From a virus (lineage: Duplodnaviria > Caudoviricetes): a stretch of DNA of 26,584 nucleotides. Of the stretch, positions 25,352 to 26,584 are shown piece by piece. The notes below the pieces were generated by a model, which was not told the DNA's origin, ran no database searches, and saw only the letters and a program-made list of their open reading frames with translations. The number at the start of each line of letters is the position of its first letter. The stretch's first letter is position 1. Location of the stretch: IMG/VR virus record IMGVR_UViG_3300048852_000118, positions 1 through 26,584 of that record; one strand, given 5' to 3'. The translations under genes were made by a program, and so were the position numbers.

Positions 25352-26584
25352 TCAGGCCACGCCTCTCTGCGCGCCGGCTCGCCCTATCAGCCGCCACGTG
25401 ACCATCCGGCCCTTGCCCTTGACCTCCACCAGTCCGCGTCGCTCCAGCACGAATTTTCCGCGCAACAATTCGTAGGTCTCCTGCGACACCTGGATCATGC
25501 CGGCCTCGTCGGTCTCCTCCATGCGCGAAGCGACGTTCACGGCATCGCCCCAGACGTCGTAAAATAACTTCGTCGTTCCAATGACACCGGCGACGACGGG
25601 ACCGCTGGCTATGCCGATGCGGATTCGTACCGGGCGGCCTTGCGGATCGTGCGGAGCGGCGGCGATGTCGCGCATGTCAAGCGCGAAGTCGGCGAGCGCC
25701 TCGGCATGGTCGGATCGCGGTTTCGGAACGCCGCTCACCACCATATAGGCGTCGCCGGTGGTCTTTATCTTCTCCAGCCCGTGTTTCTCCACCAGCCCGT
25801 CGAATTCGCTGAACACCTGGTTCAGGAAACGCACGAGCTCTTCCGGCGAGAGGTCGCCCGCCCGGGCGGTAAAACCCGCCATGTCGGCAAAGAGGACCGA
25901 TGCCGCCTCGTATTTGTCGGCGATCACGGGCTCGAGATTCTTCAGCCGTTCGGCGATGGCCGGCGGGAGAAGTTCCAGCAGCAGGTTCTCCGACCTCTCA
26001 TATTCGCGCTCGGCCACGGCTTCGGCTCGGGCGATCTGGCGCGAGGCATAGTTGACGGCGATGAACAGCAGGGCGACACCTACGACGATATTGGTGACGA
26101 AACTGCCGTAGAACAGCGCATGTTCCGACAATATGCCGGTATTGGGCGGCACCGTCAGGTGAAGGATTATGATCAACGCAGTCGCCACGGCGGTCAAAAT
26201 TGCGTTGAGGAGGAGATGCTGGGGCCCGAAGATCATCACCACGAGCGGCACGGCGGTGAGATAACCGACCCAGGCGCCACCACCCGTCCCCCTTCCCAGG
26301 ACCACCCAGAAGATGAAGGCATAGGCAAAGCCGACGAAAGCAAGCGGCGCCACCAGAGGGCCGAAACGATGGAGCAGGGGCAGTGCTGCGAAGCACAGGG
26401 CCGCGATGCCGTTTGCCGTCACCTCGACCAGCCTGTGCCCGGGAGGGTCGGCAAAGCCGCGCAGGGCGAAGAAAGCCGAGAGGGCGGCCGCTACCCATGC
26501 GGCGATATTCATGATCCGCAGGCGCCTTGCGATGCGTTCCGGATAGTTTACGGTGCCAAGGCTAATGCTGGGCAACAGGCGCAT
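25352..26584 (-). CDS. Membrane-anchored class III adenylate cyclase (may start upstream of the window edge)
   Basis: About six TM helices, then SVLFADMAGFT, KIKTTGDAYM, GPVVAGVIG and YDVWGDAVNVASRME. The Lys/Asp pair indicates ATP specificity. Confidence 0.9.
   Translation of the reverse strand: MRLLPSISLGTVNYPERIARRLRIMNIAAWVAAALSAFFALRGFADPPGHRLVEVTANGIAALCFAALPLLHRFGPLVAPLAFVGFAYAFIFWVVLGRGTGGGAWVGYLTAVPLVVMIFGPQHLLLNAILTAVATALIIILHLTVPPNTGILSEHALFYGSFVTNIVVGVALLFIAVNYASRQIARAEAVAEREYERSENLLLELLPPAIAERLKNLEPVIADKYEAASVLFADMAGFTARAGDLSPEELVRFLNQVFSEFDGLVEKHGLEKIKTTGDAYMVVSGVPKPRSDHAEALADFALDMRDIAAAPHDPQGRPVRIRIGIASGPVVAGVIGTTKLFYDVWGDAVNVASRMEETDEAGMIQVSQETYELLRGKFVLERRGLVEVKGKGRMVTWRLIGRAGAQRGVA

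Noticed and set aside
25352-26584. Cyclase as a Pycsar/CBASS-type defence gene tied to the element
   Set aside because: It is an ordinary multi-TM class III adenylate cyclase with ATP-specifying residues, a type common in rhizobia, and has no recognisable defence effector partner.

Overview
High-GC DNA typical of Alphaproteobacteria (Hyphomicrobiales/Rhizobiales-like, judged from CGTC-type REP repeats and the flanking class III cyclase). Positions ~30-24250 form one co-oriented late operon of a P22-like (short-tailed) phage: promoter plus terminator, TerS, PBSX-type TerL, portal, scaffold, P22-like coat, head-tail adaptor, gp10-like tail hub, GNAT-like protein, ejection-type proteins, two tail fibres plus an adhesin, GH19 endolysin, two holin-like genes and overlapping spanins. 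It then runs into two minus-strand, probably host, genes (a membrane protein and an adenylate cyclase). No integrase, replication gene or att site is visible in the window. The unusual part is the layering. Host REP elements sit inside the operon. Two cargo proteins (HhH-GPD/Ogg-like and HExxH zincin-like) share a pre-toxin-like linker and a hydrophobic C-terminal tail, and neither has an obvious immunity gene. Several insertions are bracketed by decayed duplicates of the 5' end of the next structural gene. An antisense WaaG-like LPS glycosyltransferase appears to have arrived together with a replacement tail fibre. My best hypothesis, which is inference, is a chromosomally domesticated podovirus-like particle (GTA-like or effector-delivering) with swappable cargo and receptor cassettes. 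All family calls come from motif recognition by eye, not database searches.
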